A stretch of DNA of 64,000 bases from a bacterium (GCA_963693055.1 OY843751.1:5312001-5376000); one strand, 5' to 3'. Counted from the first letter of the stretch, positions 50,501 to 60,479 are shown. Notes: a model not told the origin generated them from the sequence alone. Made by a program: numbers and translations.

Positions 50501-51317
50501 GTGATGTTGGCAGATAGGCGTAAAATTCACCCTGGAATTTAAAAAAATCATGCGGAATTGCCAACTGAACATCCGCTTCACGTTTATCTTCAATATGATA
50601 ACTGAATTTACGACGTAATTCAAGCGCAACTTTGTTGAAATGCGTCTTGATTACAAACCAGTCTGTACGTTTTTCATCAATATTAAAAGACATGATATCG
50701 TCTTTGACTGGCAAGCGAGATATATCTTTAATAACTTTGCCATTTTCTTTAACAACCACATTTTCTATTTTACGCAGGAACAAAATATTCCTTGGTAATA
50801 TGGTCATCAATTCATATGTAAAATCTTGAATGGTTTTTTCAGTAATATGTTCAAGTTTTAATTTTGTACGGACCTGACTGTTGGGATTTCTTGCCCAGGG
50901 AAAACCAAAATAGGTTTTACCATAATCCTTGGTTTCGATCTCGATAATGCGTTGTTGTTCATTGGCTTCAGGATAAAAAGTCCATTTTTTACCTGCGGAA
51001 ACAATAATGGGGTTATCTGTAATCTGATAAACAGACAAAAATCCAATGCCAAATGTACCAATTGTATTTAATTCAAGGCTTTTTTGACCTGCCGCAATCC
51101 GGCGTAAACGGTCAAAATCTTTATCACGAAAAGAACCATTATTTTCAACAAACAATGCCATCTCGTTAATATCAAACGACACTTGGGTTACTTCTGGTGC
51201 ATCATCAGCATTTTGTAACAATTCATTTGCAAGTGTAGAATACCCCTTCAAATCCCTCAACTTTGCACCCAGAAACCCTAAAAAGTCAATACTTTGCTCT
51301 AAATATCTCTTTGCCAT
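47598..51317 (-). CDS. Sacsin-like protein with N-terminal GHKL (HSP90-like) ATPase
   Basis: 'LANELLQNADDA', 'VENNGSF', 'IGTFGIGFLSVY', and the transducer-domain motif 'FYAYLPT...LPFHINADFFTSTDRK'. Confidence 0.85.
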   Translation of the reverse strand: MAKRYLEQSIDFLGFLGAKLRDLKGYSTLANELLQNADDAPEVTQVSFDINEMALFVENNGSFRDKDFDRLRRIAAGQKSLELNTIGTFGIGFLSVYQITDNPIIVSAGKKWTFYPEANEQQRIIEIETKDYGKTYFGFPWARNPNSQVRTKLKLEHITEKTIQDFTYELMTILPRNILFLRKIENVVVKENGKVIKDISRLPVKDDIMSFNIDEKRTDWFVIKTHFNKVALELRRKFSYHIEDKREADVQLAIPHDFFKFQGEFYAYLPTSHQTSLPFHINADFFTSTDRKRVLFENDFQAQWNQAAILAASYSLMDNLDKISEFLGPREFWSFLERIYEAYLKSVDGYNAPVIKKVWEILQTKLAAEKIVYTSKGEWVHAKDAFLLKDEKEYELLPIFEKLGLHIVHFDLYEKFKLLRNESINVPVLSIYNLAKALNANGFDKNRELKEAPEWFQSDFEREKLAEEITRLLERIEPEEKERALDAIQSCHIAISFLNKLSAPKSLWIASDDEARLFGDLDLAFVFTSDANPKGIKALISKFDVYAAIDVVNLGVRDLFDASDVNHLEAFWNKEPKSIIHLIDWFDQHRAIIKNDPVLIDRIRKLTIWPSGFKLYSLEQLFIPGNFEDPLNLSMIIDKSILSHYRDLLNDLKVNELNIVNYTKDFVPELFKNKKKLPKAKRQELVLLLSRYLGEIWGNEEIRLTFKELPIVECNDGVFRKATEVYFHDNDLLSILGQSGKFVKQSIEKRKSLLELYRWLDINTIPKPNDILEKIKAITGSIPDFENRNTAQEIFAYLGTVWKQIDMKQRENFNFLKTEKWLPVEDDYENWYTPEEVYTRFNSYLFKSQVKFLDVERQKLFGAFIRFLNIPSKPECDMVVSHILHCIKNKQDINPLIYKYLNRYYQLACIERLKNKPFIHMQGEGFFTADKVFLGKHAFGHFRKQLDAKWYNYSDLLKKLGVKEDPQPRDALLVIQDIQNEYARARRPVSDGIVSILEYCYRFINSMPIEEIKKVKENMVVANHKNILVSPEKVFFNDRPNISAYLGDDIKNQFVTLSINSFRAKRAVGVRMLSEALSSHVVKVDKQKQDSELVARIQNRKDMFTQIANSITMNSEEMVNFDFIETLNVYQADSLQVEFSLLVNGHKQQAKPESVNAYYDATKNSLYYCSKSGIPWASIARELAFHILPFKNVGWLSPVLKEVLSSESKKQAYHALSELGFEITETFKEEKEEPAFIMQ

Positions 51318-51391
51318 GTTTTATCAACCTGTTTTGATATGAGAAAGAAATTATTCCCATGTTTTAATTCTTAAAATTTAACAGATAAATA

Positions 51392-51433
51392 CAGGATTCT
51401 ATTTCATTGCAACAGCAAATTCACAGAATCCTG
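51392..51433 (-). terminator. Hairpin between glpK and the sacsin-like gene (possible terminator)
   Basis: CAGGATTCT/AGAATCCTG outer stem enclosing TTGC-AACA-GCAA. Confidence 0.45.
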
Positions 51434-51522
51434 ATGTATAATAATGTAAAGACAAAAGTATTTGTTTGCGTAATAAGAGAGGTCGCGTCTTCCCTACTCT
51501 GTCCCCTTACCCACAAAAATTA

Positions 51523-53031
51523 TCAATCAATCCAGTTAAATGTACGCTCTACAGCTTTTAACCATTTCTTGTACCCCGTATCATAAGCGGAGGAGCCTTT
51601 ATTGGGCTGCCAGGTATGCCCAGCCTGCCAGTTTTTACGCAGGTCATCCAGATCTTTCCAGTAACCTACAGCCAAACCCGCTGCATATGCAGCTCCCAAA
51701 GCTGTGGTTTCCGTTATTTGCGGCATTACTACCGGTACCTGCAACACATCTGCCTGGAACTGCATCAGCATTTTGTTTACAACCATACCGCCATCTACTT
51801 TGAGTGTTTGCAGATCTACACCGGAATCTCTTACCATAGCATCAAGAATCTCACGGGTCTGAAAAGCGGTAGATTCCAATACAGAGCGTGCAATATGACC
51901 CTTGTTCACATAGCGTGTCAGACCAACAATCACACCTCTGGCATCAGATTTCCAATAGGGTGCAAACAGGCCTGAAAATGCGGGCACAAAATAAACCCCA
52001 CCATTGTCTTCAACTGTAGCCGCTAATGATTCGATCTCATCCGAAGACTTGATCATACCTAAATTGTCCCTTATCCACTGAACCAGCGCACCGGTAATGG
52101 CAATAGAACCTTCAAGCGCATAAACCTGCTTTTCATCACCAAAACGGTAGCCAACAGTAGTTAAAAGGCCATTTTCACTAAACACCGGAGTTTCGCCGGT
52201 ATTGAGCAGCATAAAACAACCGGTTCCATAGGTGTTTTTGGCTTCTCCTACATTAAAAGCGGTTTGACCCACCAATGCAGCCTGCTGATCTCCCAGTATT
52301 CCGCTTATAGGGACCTCTGCGCCTAAAAAGCCTTCTTTGGTTGTTGTTCCATATACCTTTGAAGAAGAATGGATCTCGGGCAGCATACCCTGAGGTACCT
52401 CAAGCAGAGAAAGCATCTCCGCATCCCATTCCAAGGTTTCGATATTCATAAGAAGTGTTCGGCTAGCATTGGTTACATCAGTAATATGCATACCACCTTT
52501 AGCACCGCCGGTCAGGTTCCACACTACCCAGGTGTCCATATTCCCAAAGATAGCAGTGCCCTTTTCTATACCTTCCTTAACCGCATCAACATTATCAATC
52601 AACCATTTGATCTTGGGTCCGGAAAAATAAGTTGATACCGGCAGTCCGGTATGTTTTTGAAATGTTTCTTGTCCACCGGCCTTTTGTTCAAGTGTTTTGC
52701 AACAAGTATCTGTACGGGTATCTTGCCATACCAGAGCATTGTACAAGGGTTTTCCGGTTTCCTTGTCCCAAACCAAGGTTGTTTCACGCTGATTGGTAAT
52801 ACCAATAGCTGCCAGATCATCGGCTTTTAAATTGGCTTTTGCTAATGCCCCGGTAATAACCGCACGGGTATTGTCCCAAATCTCCACGGCATTATGCTCT
52901 ACCCAGCCGGGTTTGGGGTATATCTGTTCATGCTCTTTTTGACTTACGGAAACAATGTTTCCCTGATAATCAAAAATAATAAATCTGCTGCTTGTGGTTC
53001 CCTGATCAATCGCTCCCACATATGCTTTCAT
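51523..53031 (-). CDS. glpK: Glycerol kinase
   Basis: '[10 protein letters not shown]', 'GITNQRET', 'WQDTRT', 'YFSGPK', 'TDVTNASRT', 'GDQQAAL', 'KNTYGTG'. Confidence 0.97.
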   Translation of the reverse strand: MKAYVGAIDQGTTSSRFIIFDYQGNIVSVSQKEHEQIYPKPGWVEHNAVEIWDNTRAVITGALAKANLKADDLAAIGITNQRETTLVWDKETGKPLYNALVWQDTRTDTCCKTLEQKAGGQETFQKHTGLPVSTYFSGPKIKWLIDNVDAVKEGIEKGTAIFGNMDTWVVWNLTGGAKGGMHITDVTNASRTLLMNIETLEWDAEMLSLLEVPQGMLPEIHSSSKVYGTTTKEGFLGAEVPISGILGDQQAALVGQTAFNVGEAKNTYGTGCFMLLNTGETPVFSENGLLTTVGYRFGDEKQVYALEGSIAITGALVQWIRDNLGMIKSSDEIESLAATVEDNGGVYFVPAFSGLFAPYWKSDARGVIVGLTRYVNKGHIARSVLESTAFQTREILDAMVRDSGVDLQTLKVDGGMVVNKMLMQFQADVLQVPVVMPQITETTALGAAYAAGLAVGYWKDLDDLRKNWQAGHTWQPNKGSSAYDTGYKKWLKAVERTFNWID

Positions 53032-53043
53032 AGCTATTCCTCG

Positions 53044-54141
53044 TTAAAATGGCAGTTCAAAATCGAGTTCATAATCTTGTACAATATTTTTCATGGTATT
53101 TTGCATGGCGTCATTAATAGGCACACCTTGCTTTTTGATCTTTTCTTCACGCATAAATCCTTTTTCGCCATGCGTATAGATCCGTTCCTGTCCCGGCAGT
53201 TTTTCAGCATTACGCATTGCACGCTGAATATTACCCACTATGGATTTGAACTCGTTAATATCAATAAAGTTCGAAACTTTGATTGCCATGAAAAAATGGC
53301 CCAAACGGTTCGGGATCTTTTTCCCATCACCGTCAAAGCCGGACAGTCCCCATGAGAACGGGCCACCACTCAATGCTGATGAAAGGATCTCTACCATCAA
53401 CGCAAGACCATAACCTTTATGACCACCCAAGTCTTCGCCCAAACCTCCAAGTGCCAGCAAGGCCGCTTTTCTGTCTTTGAATAATCCCAAAATCTTTGTT
53501 GCATCATGTTGAAAGTTACCTTCATTGTCAATGATAAGGCCTTCGGGTACCGGTTTGCCTGCGCGGTCCAGAGTTTCAACTTTACCACGTTGTATAATTG
53601 AAGTAGCCATATCCAGCAGATAGGGATGCTCTTCATCTGACGGGGCAGAAAAAGCAATAGGATTGGTGCCAAACATGGGCTCTGCACCAAAAGTGGGTGC
53701 AACAGACGGACGTGCATTGGTAACGGTAAAACCAATCATATCTTTTTCAGCTGCCATTAAAGGATAATATCCGCATATACCAAAATGGGTAGAATTCCGC
53801 ACAGCTACTGCACCAATGCCCACATTATCCGCTTTTTCAATCGCAAGGTTCATTGCCTGGTACGATATAACATGTCCCATTCCAAAATGGCCATCAATCA
53901 ATGCGGTGCCCGGGGTTTCGTTTACAATTTCAAGTTTGGTAACCGGTGTCTGCACACCATCTTTGATAAAATCCAGATACATTTTCAAACGGCCAATGCC
54001 GTGTGAACGTATACCACGGATATCAGACTTTAAAAGCACATCAACAACTATGGGTATATCGGATTCTGGTACACCGGCTTTACCCAAAGAAGCATGCATG
54101 AATTTTTTCAATTCGTCTAAAGGAATATACAGTTCAGCCAT
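53044..54141 (-). CDS. Ldh_2-family oxidoreductase (malate/L-lactate/L-sulfolactate dehydrogenase-like)
   Basis: 'RGIRSHG', 'RNSTHFG', 'FGTNPIAF', 'LDMATS', 'HKGYGL'. Confidence 0.9.
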   Translation of the reverse strand: MAELYIPLDELKKFMHASLGKAGVPESDIPIVVDVLLKSDIRGIRSHGIGRLKMYLDFIKDGVQTPVTKLEIVNETPGTALIDGHFGMGHVISYQAMNLAIEKADNVGIGAVAVRNSTHFGICGYYPLMAAEKDMIGFTVTNARPSVAPTFGAEPMFGTNPIAFSAPSDEEHPYLLDMATSIIQRGKVETLDRAGKPVPEGLIIDNEGNFQHDATKILGLFKDRKAALLALGGLGEDLGGHKGYGLALMVEILSSALSGGPFSWGLSGFDGDGKKIPNRLGHFFMAIKVSNFIDINEFKSIVGNIQRAMRNAEKLPGQERIYTHGEKGFMREEKIKKQGVPINDAMQNTMKNIVQDYELDFELPF

Positions 54142-54196
54142 AATACACTCCGTTCGCTGAGGTTATATGAAATTGATTTATAATATACGTATTCAG

Positions 54197-54991
54197 TTAT
54201 TGACTATTCAGAGGCTCCAGGACGATTCCATATTCGTCTGCACTGGGATGCTCAAGTAGTTCTTTTACTTCATTGCGTATCTCTTCCCGATGTGATTCAT
54301 CAGGCTCCGTATCTGTTAAAACAATATCAATATAATCATCAGCAATACCCGTTATAAAGCTGTCCTGAAATGGAGAGGATAACTGATTGTGGTCAATCAG
54401 GGCCAGTATACGGTTCAATATCTCAAACAACAATATTCTTGCCTGACGCCACTTGTTCTCATGACGTAAATATTTAGCCTGTGCAAAAAGGATCTTGCTG
54501 GGCTCAACAATTTCTGATGGATTTATTTTTTCTTTGTGCGGAAAATCAAAAATGTCTGCCACATTCTCCCGCAGGGCAGTAACTTCATCTGTATCTTGAG
54601 GATGAATAAAAAAATGACACAGTTCCGGAAAAATCTCAACAAGATCAAGAATCACTTCTACTATGGTATTCTTGTCCAGCCCCTTGATCGTCCGTTTTAA
54701 TTTAACAATACTAATAAAATTTTCTGGTTCGTTCAACCATGACAATAACGCTGCAACCTTGTGCTCACAGGGACTGCTGCCTGCCTCACAATTACAGCGA
54801 CCGAACAATTGCTCGTCTTCAACAATCATTTCAACCTGATACTTGCCTTTACCCCTTACTGTTGCACGCAAGCCGTAATCAGTTAAAAATCTATGTTTTA
54901 CGAGATCGTTCTCGAAAATTTTTTCACCCAACCGGAATATCTCCGGATTTGCATAGGTGGATACATCAATGGGAGTAATCCGATTCGGCAT
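54197..54991 (-). CDS. SWIM zinc-finger protein
   Basis: 'CNC...CEH.VA.LL' SWIM motif preceded by 'IFRLGEKIF' and 'ATVRGKGKY.V'. Confidence 0.8.
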   Translation of the reverse strand: MPNRITPIDVSTYANPEIFRLGEKIFENDLVKHRFLTDYGLRATVRGKGKYQVEMIVEDEQLFGRCNCEAGSSPCEHKVAALLSWLNEPENFISIVKLKRTIKGLDKNTIVEVILDLVEIFPELCHFFIHPQDTDEVTALRENVADIFDFPHKEKINPSEIVEPSKILFAQAKYLRHENKWRQARILLFEILNRILALIDHNQLSSPFQDSFITGIADDYIDIVLTDTEPDESHREEIRNEVKELLEHPSADEYGIVLEPLNSQ

Positions 54992-55025
54992 GTGGTCACT
55001 CCTCTGATTTTTAGGATCAGGTTAA

Positions 55026-55634
55026 TTAATTGCTATTATTCTTTTTAGCCTCGCGGCTCTTTTTGACTATCTGTCTTAAAACATTTGAAAAAGCAGGGTT
55101 CTTTTTCTCGAACCACTTTGTAAAAATTACCGGTTCACCTTCTGTCTCATAATCATTATACATAGCCAGAGGAGATACTCCAATATCAACCGGCTCTTTT
55201 TCTTTCATTACAAGAACAAATTCTTCGTCCTCATCGCTGATTTCCCGAACCTCTGTCCAGGGAATAAACTCATATTTGGTAGCAAAAAGTTTGATTTTTC
55301 CCATTGCTTCTGCCAACGGTTCAATACCTACATAAGGATGAATATGAACAACGCCCTTGTCAGTCAATCGGTATTCAAGACCGTTAACAACAGCTCTGAA
55401 AAAAGAACTGATTATTCCTGCAGCTGTTACTAAAAAAAACGCAATCCTTGCGGCAGGAAGTGACAGGTCTGGCATGGAAATAGTGAGAAAAAACAGTGAT
55501 GTTAAAATTCCGGCTACAAAGCCTCCCAACAACCAGGTAAATATTTTGGAATAAAACTGATTTATATTACGATGACGCCAGACAAATAGTGATTTTTGAT
55601 CTTGAACGTCTTTGATGTTTTTCCAGGTTTTCAT
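55026..55634 (-). CDS. Hypothetical membrane protein (2 TM helices)
   Basis: Two hydrophobic segments followed by a soluble domain; GGAG RBS. Confidence 0.7.
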   Translation of the reverse strand: MKTWKNIKDVQDQKSLFVWRHRNINQFYSKIFTWLLGGFVAGILTSLFFLTISMPDLSLPAARIAFFLVTAAGIISSFFRAVVNGLEYRLTDKGVVHIHPYVGIEPLAEAMGKIKLFATKYEFIPWTEVREISDEDEEFVLVMKEKEPVDIGVSPLAMYNDYETEGEPVIFTKWFEKKNPAFSNVLRQIVKKSREAKKNNSN

Positions 55635-55726
55635 TCAGAAACTACTCCCAAAACTAGATAAAAAATGTGTCATCGTCTAAATATACAAAAATGCCCCGCA
55701 CAAATCCAAGACATTATTTCACAGAA

Positions 55727-56995
55727 TCAATCAACAGGGTGGCGAGTTTCGCCATTTCCGGTTACAATAAACTTGCGGGTAGTAAGCGCTTCAAGTCCCA
55801 TGGGACCAAATGCATGCAATTTTGTGGTAGAGATACCAATCTCCGCACCCAGACCCAGTTCACCACCATCAGAAAACCGGGAAGACGCATTCACACAAAC
55901 CACCGAAGAGTTCACATCGCGCTGAAATGCCCTGGCTGTCTGCATGCTATTGGTTGCTATAACTTCAGTATGCTCTGAACCGTATTTTACAATGTGTTCC
56001 ACAGCCTCGTCATAACTGTTTACAATTTTTACCGCAATTACCAGAGACAAATACTCTGCATAATAATCATCTTCAGTTGCTTCCGGAATTCCGGGAAGTA
56101 CTTTTAAAGTCTCTGCGCAACCACGCAATTCTACTCCGCGCTTGTCCATCGCTGCTTTTGCAAGAGGCAAAAAAGTTTGAGCAATATCTTTATGGACAAG
56201 CAGTGTTTCCAATGCATTACAAACACCGGGACGCGAGGTTTTGCCGTCTATCAACAGGTCAACCGCCATTTCGGGTTCTGCGTCTTTATCTACATACAAA
56301 TGGCACACGCCTTTGTAATGTTTGATGACAGGAATTCGGCTATTCTCGGCAACAAAACGGATCAGACCCTCACCGCCTCGTGGTATAACCAGATCAATAA
56401 ATTCATCCAGTTTCAGCATGTCTACCATAACTGCCCGGTCAGTTGTGGGAACAAATGAAATTGCATCCGGCGGTATTTCTGTTTCTGCCAGCGCTTTGTG
56501 CATAGAATCGACGATGGCCTTGTTGGAATTGAACGCTTCTGATCCGCCGCGCAACAATACTGCGTTACCCGCTTTGAGACATAATCCGGCTGCGTCAGAT
56601 GTTACATTGGGACGGGATTCGTATATAATAGAAATCACGCCCAGGGGTATACGCATCATCCCCACTTCAATACCGCTGGGGCGTTTACGGATCTCACTGA
56701 TCTCTCCTACCGGATCGTTAAAGGATGCAACCTGTCGCAATGCATCTGTCATTCCGGCAATACGTTTTTCGTTCAAAATCAGCCGGTCTATCATTGCGGA
56801 TGATAATTCCCGCTTTTTGCCATTTTCTACATCAATAGCATTTGCGGCAAAAATTATTTCTTTATCTTTTTCCAACTGGTCAGCAACTAGTAACAAGGCT
56901 TTGTTTTTTTCAGCAGCGCCTACGCGGGCCAGTTGATGTGAAGCAGATTTACATGCGCGCGCAATATCTAATAATTCTGTATTATTTGTGCTCAT
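55727..56995 (-). CDS. proA: Gamma-glutamyl phosphate reductase
   Basis: 'PLGVISIIYESRPNVT', 'IPRGGEGLI', 'CNALET', 'NASSRFSDG', 'EIGISTTKLHAFGP'. Confidence 0.97.
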   Translation of the reverse strand: MSTNNTELLDIARACKSASHQLARVGAAEKNKALLLVADQLEKDKEIIFAANAIDVENGKKRELSSAMIDRLILNEKRIAGMTDALRQVASFNDPVGEISEIRKRPSGIEVGMMRIPLGVISIIYESRPNVTSDAAGLCLKAGNAVLLRGGSEAFNSNKAIVDSMHKALAETEIPPDAISFVPTTDRAVMVDMLKLDEFIDLVIPRGGEGLIRFVAENSRIPVIKHYKGVCHLYVDKDAEPEMAVDLLIDGKTSRPGVCNALETLLVHKDIAQTFLPLAKAAMDKRGVELRGCAETLKVLPGIPEATEDDYYAEYLSLVIAVKIVNSYDEAVEHIVKYGSEHTEVIATNSMQTARAFQRDVNSSVVCVNASSRFSDGGELGLGAEIGISTTKLHAFGPMGLEALTTRKFIVTGNGETRHPVD

Positions 56996-57005
56996 ATTCG
57001 CTCCT

Positions 57006-58157
57006 CTATCCTAACAGTACCATTTCATCTCGATGAACAACCACATCGGAATACATACCATCCAATATATTTTCAATTTCTTTGCTTTTTTTGCCGGCTA
57101 TTTTTTCAAGATCAATATGATTATATTGACAAATACCCTTGGCAATCATTTTATTCTCGGCAATCTGAAAAATATCTACCGCTTCACCGGCTGCAAATTC
57201 ACCCTCTAATTTTTGTATTCCCGAAGGTAGCAGCGATGCTCCTCTTTCAGTGATTGCCAGAACCGCTCCCGCATCTATATAGACTTTGCCCTTACTGGGT
57301 TTGGCGTGTAGCATCCAGTGTTTTTTCCCCTTGACCGGGCGAGGGGATTTGTTAAAGATCGTTCCGCAGACAATACCGCTCAACAGCATTTCAAAAAATC
57401 CACGTTTGGTGCCGTTCATAATCACGGTATTGATTCCGCCCGAGGTGGCTTTTTCAGCCGCCTGGATCTTGGTTACCATACCACCGGTAGCGATATGGGT
57501 TTTGGTATCTTTGGCGAGTTTATAGATCTCTTCATTAATCGTGTCTACACGCGTAATGAGATTTGCATCCGGATTCTCGCGCGGGTCTGCATCATATAAT
57601 CCATCAATATCAGAGCAAATGATCAATAAATCGGCTTCTGCAAGTACCGCTACATGTGCAGCCAGGTTATCGTTATCACCTACCCGCAGCTCGTCTACGG
57701 CAACCGTATCGTTCTCATTGACAATGGGCAAGGTGTTCATATTCAGCAATTCGGTAATGGTGTTTTTGGCATTAACAAACCGTCTGCGATTCAACAAATC
57801 GTCAAATGTCAACAAGATTTGCGCACAGGGAAAATCAAACATTCTGCTCCACAAGGTCATAAGCTGCGACTGACCAATTGCAGCCAACGCCTGCTTTTCA
57901 GGAATAGAGCATTGCGCCTTGGAAGTAAACTGCACCTGTGTAGACAGTCCCGCTGCCACTGCACCGGACGATACCAAAATCACTTCCTTACCACGATTAT
58001 GACACTCGATGATAAAACTGGCAATATCCAGCAAATATTTTGTGCTGGCTTTTTTACCGCCCGCGGTAACCAATGTGCTGCCCACTTTGATGACTACACG
58101 TTTCCATTCAGGAAGCCGTTCGCCGTCTTTGGGCTTTATTTCAATAAACCGTTCCGT
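57006..58157 (-). CDS. proB: Glutamate 5-kinase with PUA domain; start inferred at a non-canonical ACG
   Basis: 'KRVVIKVGS' lies upstream of the ORF-track GTG at 58085. Also 'VSSGAVAAG', 'PIVNENDTV', 'GDNDNL', 'TGGMVTK' and a C-terminal PUA domain. AGGAG lies 6 nt before ACG 58157. Confidence 0.9.
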   Translation of the reverse strand, partial: TERFIEIKPKDGERLPEWKRVVIKVGSTLVTAGGKKASTKYLLDIASFIIECHNRGKEVILVSSGAVAAGLSTQVQFTSKAQCSIPEKQALAAIGQSQLMTLWSRMFDFPCAQILLTFDDLLNRRRFVNAKNTITELLNMNTLPIVNENDTVAVDELRVGDNDNLAAHVAVLAEADLLIICSDIDGLYDADPRENPDANLITRVDTINEEIYKLAKDTKTHIATGGMVTKIQAAEKATSGGINTVIMNGTKRGFFEMLLSGIVCGTIFNKSPRPVKGKKHWMLHAKPSKGKVYIDAGAVLAITERGASLLPSGIQKLEGEFAAGEAVDIFQIAENKMIAKGICQYNHIDLEKIAGKKSKEIENILDGMYSDVVVHRDEMVLLG

Positions 58158-58225
58158 ATTGATCTCCTTTAGAAAAAACAGATTATATATAATTAACGAA
58201 TCTTTTGCTCAATATCAAGATTTTG

Positions 58226-59125
58226 TTATGAAAACAAAAGAAAAAACACACCGGCAATAACACCTGCCAGGGCAAAAAACTTTAACCGCATATTCTGCTC
58301 TTTAAACATGGCCCCGCCAATTAAAAACGACACAATGGAATTTAACCGTCGAACTGCCATGACGAGCGAGATCAACGCGCCCTCTACATTAATTGCTTTG
58401 AAATACATAAAATCAGACAAGGTCAAAAAGATACCAATCAACGGTATGCTCCATCGCCATTCAAAATGCATCGAGGTCAGCATTTTCTTGCGATACATGA
58501 CAAACATGATTACGGTGTAAACGATACTGATATATACAAAAAACCAGGAAAGAATTACAATGGGAGTGATACCCAGTTTTTGTATCATATACTTGTCGTA
58601 CAAACCACAGGTAGCCCCAAAGATCGTTGCCACAATTACACTGTACACCCATCGGTTATTCTTGAAAGATATTCCTTCCTTATTGCCCAACACTGTAAAT
58701 GCATAATATGATCCCAAAATCAGTACCAGCCCAACCCATTGCATAGAGCTGGGTGCCTCGTGAAAGATAAATATGGCGCCTAAAAGCGTCCAGAATGGGG
58801 ATGTAGCTCGGATAGGCAGATAAATGGAAATGGGTAAATGTTTTAACGCAAACATTTCCAAAGTCCACGATGTGCCCACCAGCATCACCTTGATTAAAAT
58901 CAGTATATGCACCGACATGGGTAATTTGGGCACATAGAGCGAAACCGCTTGCATCATTCCGGGCTTGATAGCAGATAGTATCATTACAGGAACAACAAGA
59001 ACAGTCCCCGCCAAGGTAGACATCCACAACACCGGAAAAGCGGCATTATCATGAACCGCGTGTTTGCGGCCAACTTCATAAAATCCTAAAAACAGAGCAG
59101 AGATAATGCCCAGATATAACCACAT
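58226..59125 (-). CDS. EamA/DMT family transporter
   Basis: About 10 TM segments in two repeats; 'FALKHLPIS...P', 'IFHE', 'MFKE.N'. Confidence 0.88.
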   Translation of the reverse strand: MWLYLGIISALFLGFYEVGRKHAVHDNAAFPVLWMSTLAGTVLVVPVMILSAIKPGMMQAVSLYVPKLPMSVHILILIKVMLVGTSWTLEMFALKHLPISIYLPIRATSPFWTLLGAIFIFHEAPSSMQWVGLVLILGSYYAFTVLGNKEGISFKNNRWVYSVIVATIFGATCGLYDKYMIQKLGITPIVILSWFFVYISIVYTVIMFVMYRKKMLTSMHFEWRWSIPLIGIFLTLSDFMYFKAINVEGALISLVMAVRRLNSIVSFLIGGAMFKEQNMRLKFFALAGVIAGVFFLLFS

Positions 59126-59132
59126 AACAGGA

Positions 59133-60479
59133 TTACTCCATTTCTGCAGCAGGCAAATGCGGACGGTCTGCCTTGAAGCTGATTAGAATGAGCAGCACCA
59201 TTACCGCCAGGCAAATCCAAACCGCGGAGCGGTAATCTCCAAAAACACTGTATGACAATCCAAATACCGAGGGTCCAATAGCACTGGCAAACACAAGGTA
59301 CGACATGTTGTATCCGTTAATGGCGCCCAAATGCTTTCTGCCAAAATAACGCGGCCATATTACTGTGGATGCATTGCCAAACATACCGCTGGCAATACCG
59401 TTACCCAAAATCATGATATACTTGCCAATGCCTGAATGCAGCAGCAGTACGCCGGTGCCGGTAAGCATCAGCCCCAAAATCAACACCATCAGCATGTATT
59501 TCATTCGATATTTTAATATTTTCGTATCCAGCAACACTCCCGATGACAAATTGAATCCCACCGCAATAAATGATGCCGGTAAAAAGATGGATATAGCTTC
59601 GTGCCGGGGCATCCCGGCTTCACCAAAGATAGAAACAATGTGGAATGTTATCGCAGTATAAAACAGTGAAAACATGGACAGTCCCAGGTTGAACACCCAG
59701 AATGTATAGTTTCGCTTGACCTGTTTCAGGGTCCAGCTTGCCGCATCTTCGGCCTTCTTTTTTTCATGGTTGACATGTTTACCACCATCCGGAAGCAGAC
59801 CACTGCCCTCAGGTGTATTGCGGATAAATACAAACACAAACGCAGAGAAACCGAGACCAATGATCAATGCCATAACCATCCAGGCTCCGCGTTCTGTATA
59901 ATTCCGGATCAGCACCTCGAATATCAACGGCGATGCAGAAAACATAATACTGATAAACACACCCACAATACTGTTAACAAGACCACGCAGTTCGTCGAAC
60001 CAGCGCATAAGCAGAGTTCTGCTTGCTAACGCCAACACACCCTGACCCAAAAACCGGATGGATAAAAAACCAAACGTGATGGTTGCCATGACTACTATTG
60101 TTGCTGCCAAACCACTCAAAGCACCGCTCAATCCAAGTGCAATGTGGTCCACCTGACTCATGTAAAACAATGACAATCCAAATAAAATCGACGTTACCAG
60201 CGCAATCAATCGTGTGCCCAGTGAATCCAGTAACGTGCCCACGCGCGCAATGATGAACGAACTACCAATGGTACCCAGTGTATAAGCCAAGCTAAGCTGA
60301 AAACGCGTCAAGCCCAGTACATCTATCAAATAATCGGTAAATACGGATACGCCAACGGTTTGCCCCGGTGCGCTTACCACAAAGCCCATTACACTACAAA
60401 CCGCTATCATATAACCGTAAAAAAACGGCCATTTCTTTACACTAAAGGGAAATTTTTCAGGAATATGGATCTGCTTCAT
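59133..60479 (-). CDS. MFS transporter
   Basis: 'FFYGY', 'PGQT.GVSVF', 'WFDELRG', 'RYFGRKHLGAI.G', 'AIGP'. ATG 60479 preferred over 60512. Confidence 0.88.
   Translation of the reverse strand: MKQIHIPEKFPFSVKKWPFFYGYMIAVCSVMGFVVSAPGQTVGVSVFTDYLIDVLGLTRFQLSLAYTLGTIGSSFIIARVGTLLDSLGTRLIALVTSILFGLSLFYMSQVDHIALGLSGALSGLAATIVVMATITFGFLSIRFLGQGVLALASRTLLMRWFDELRGLVNSIVGVFISIMFSASPLIFEVLIRNYTERGAWMVMALIIGLGFSAFVFVFIRNTPEGSGLLPDGGKHVNHEKKKAEDAASWTLKQVKRNYTFWVFNLGLSMFSLFYTAITFHIVSIFGEAGMPRHEAISIFLPASFIAVGFNLSSGVLLDTKILKYRMKYMLMVLILGLMLTGTGVLLLHSGIGKYIMILGNGIASGMFGNASTVIWPRYFGRKHLGAINGYNMSYLVFASAIGPSVFGLSYSVFGDYRSAVWICLAVMVLLILISFKADRPHLPAAEME

Noticed and set aside
56322-56936. Long antisense ORFs (204 aa here; also 57654-58172, 31439-31903, 20231-20701 and others)
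   Set aside because: They are shadow ORFs opposite well-conserved genes, with no RBS or recognisable motifs.
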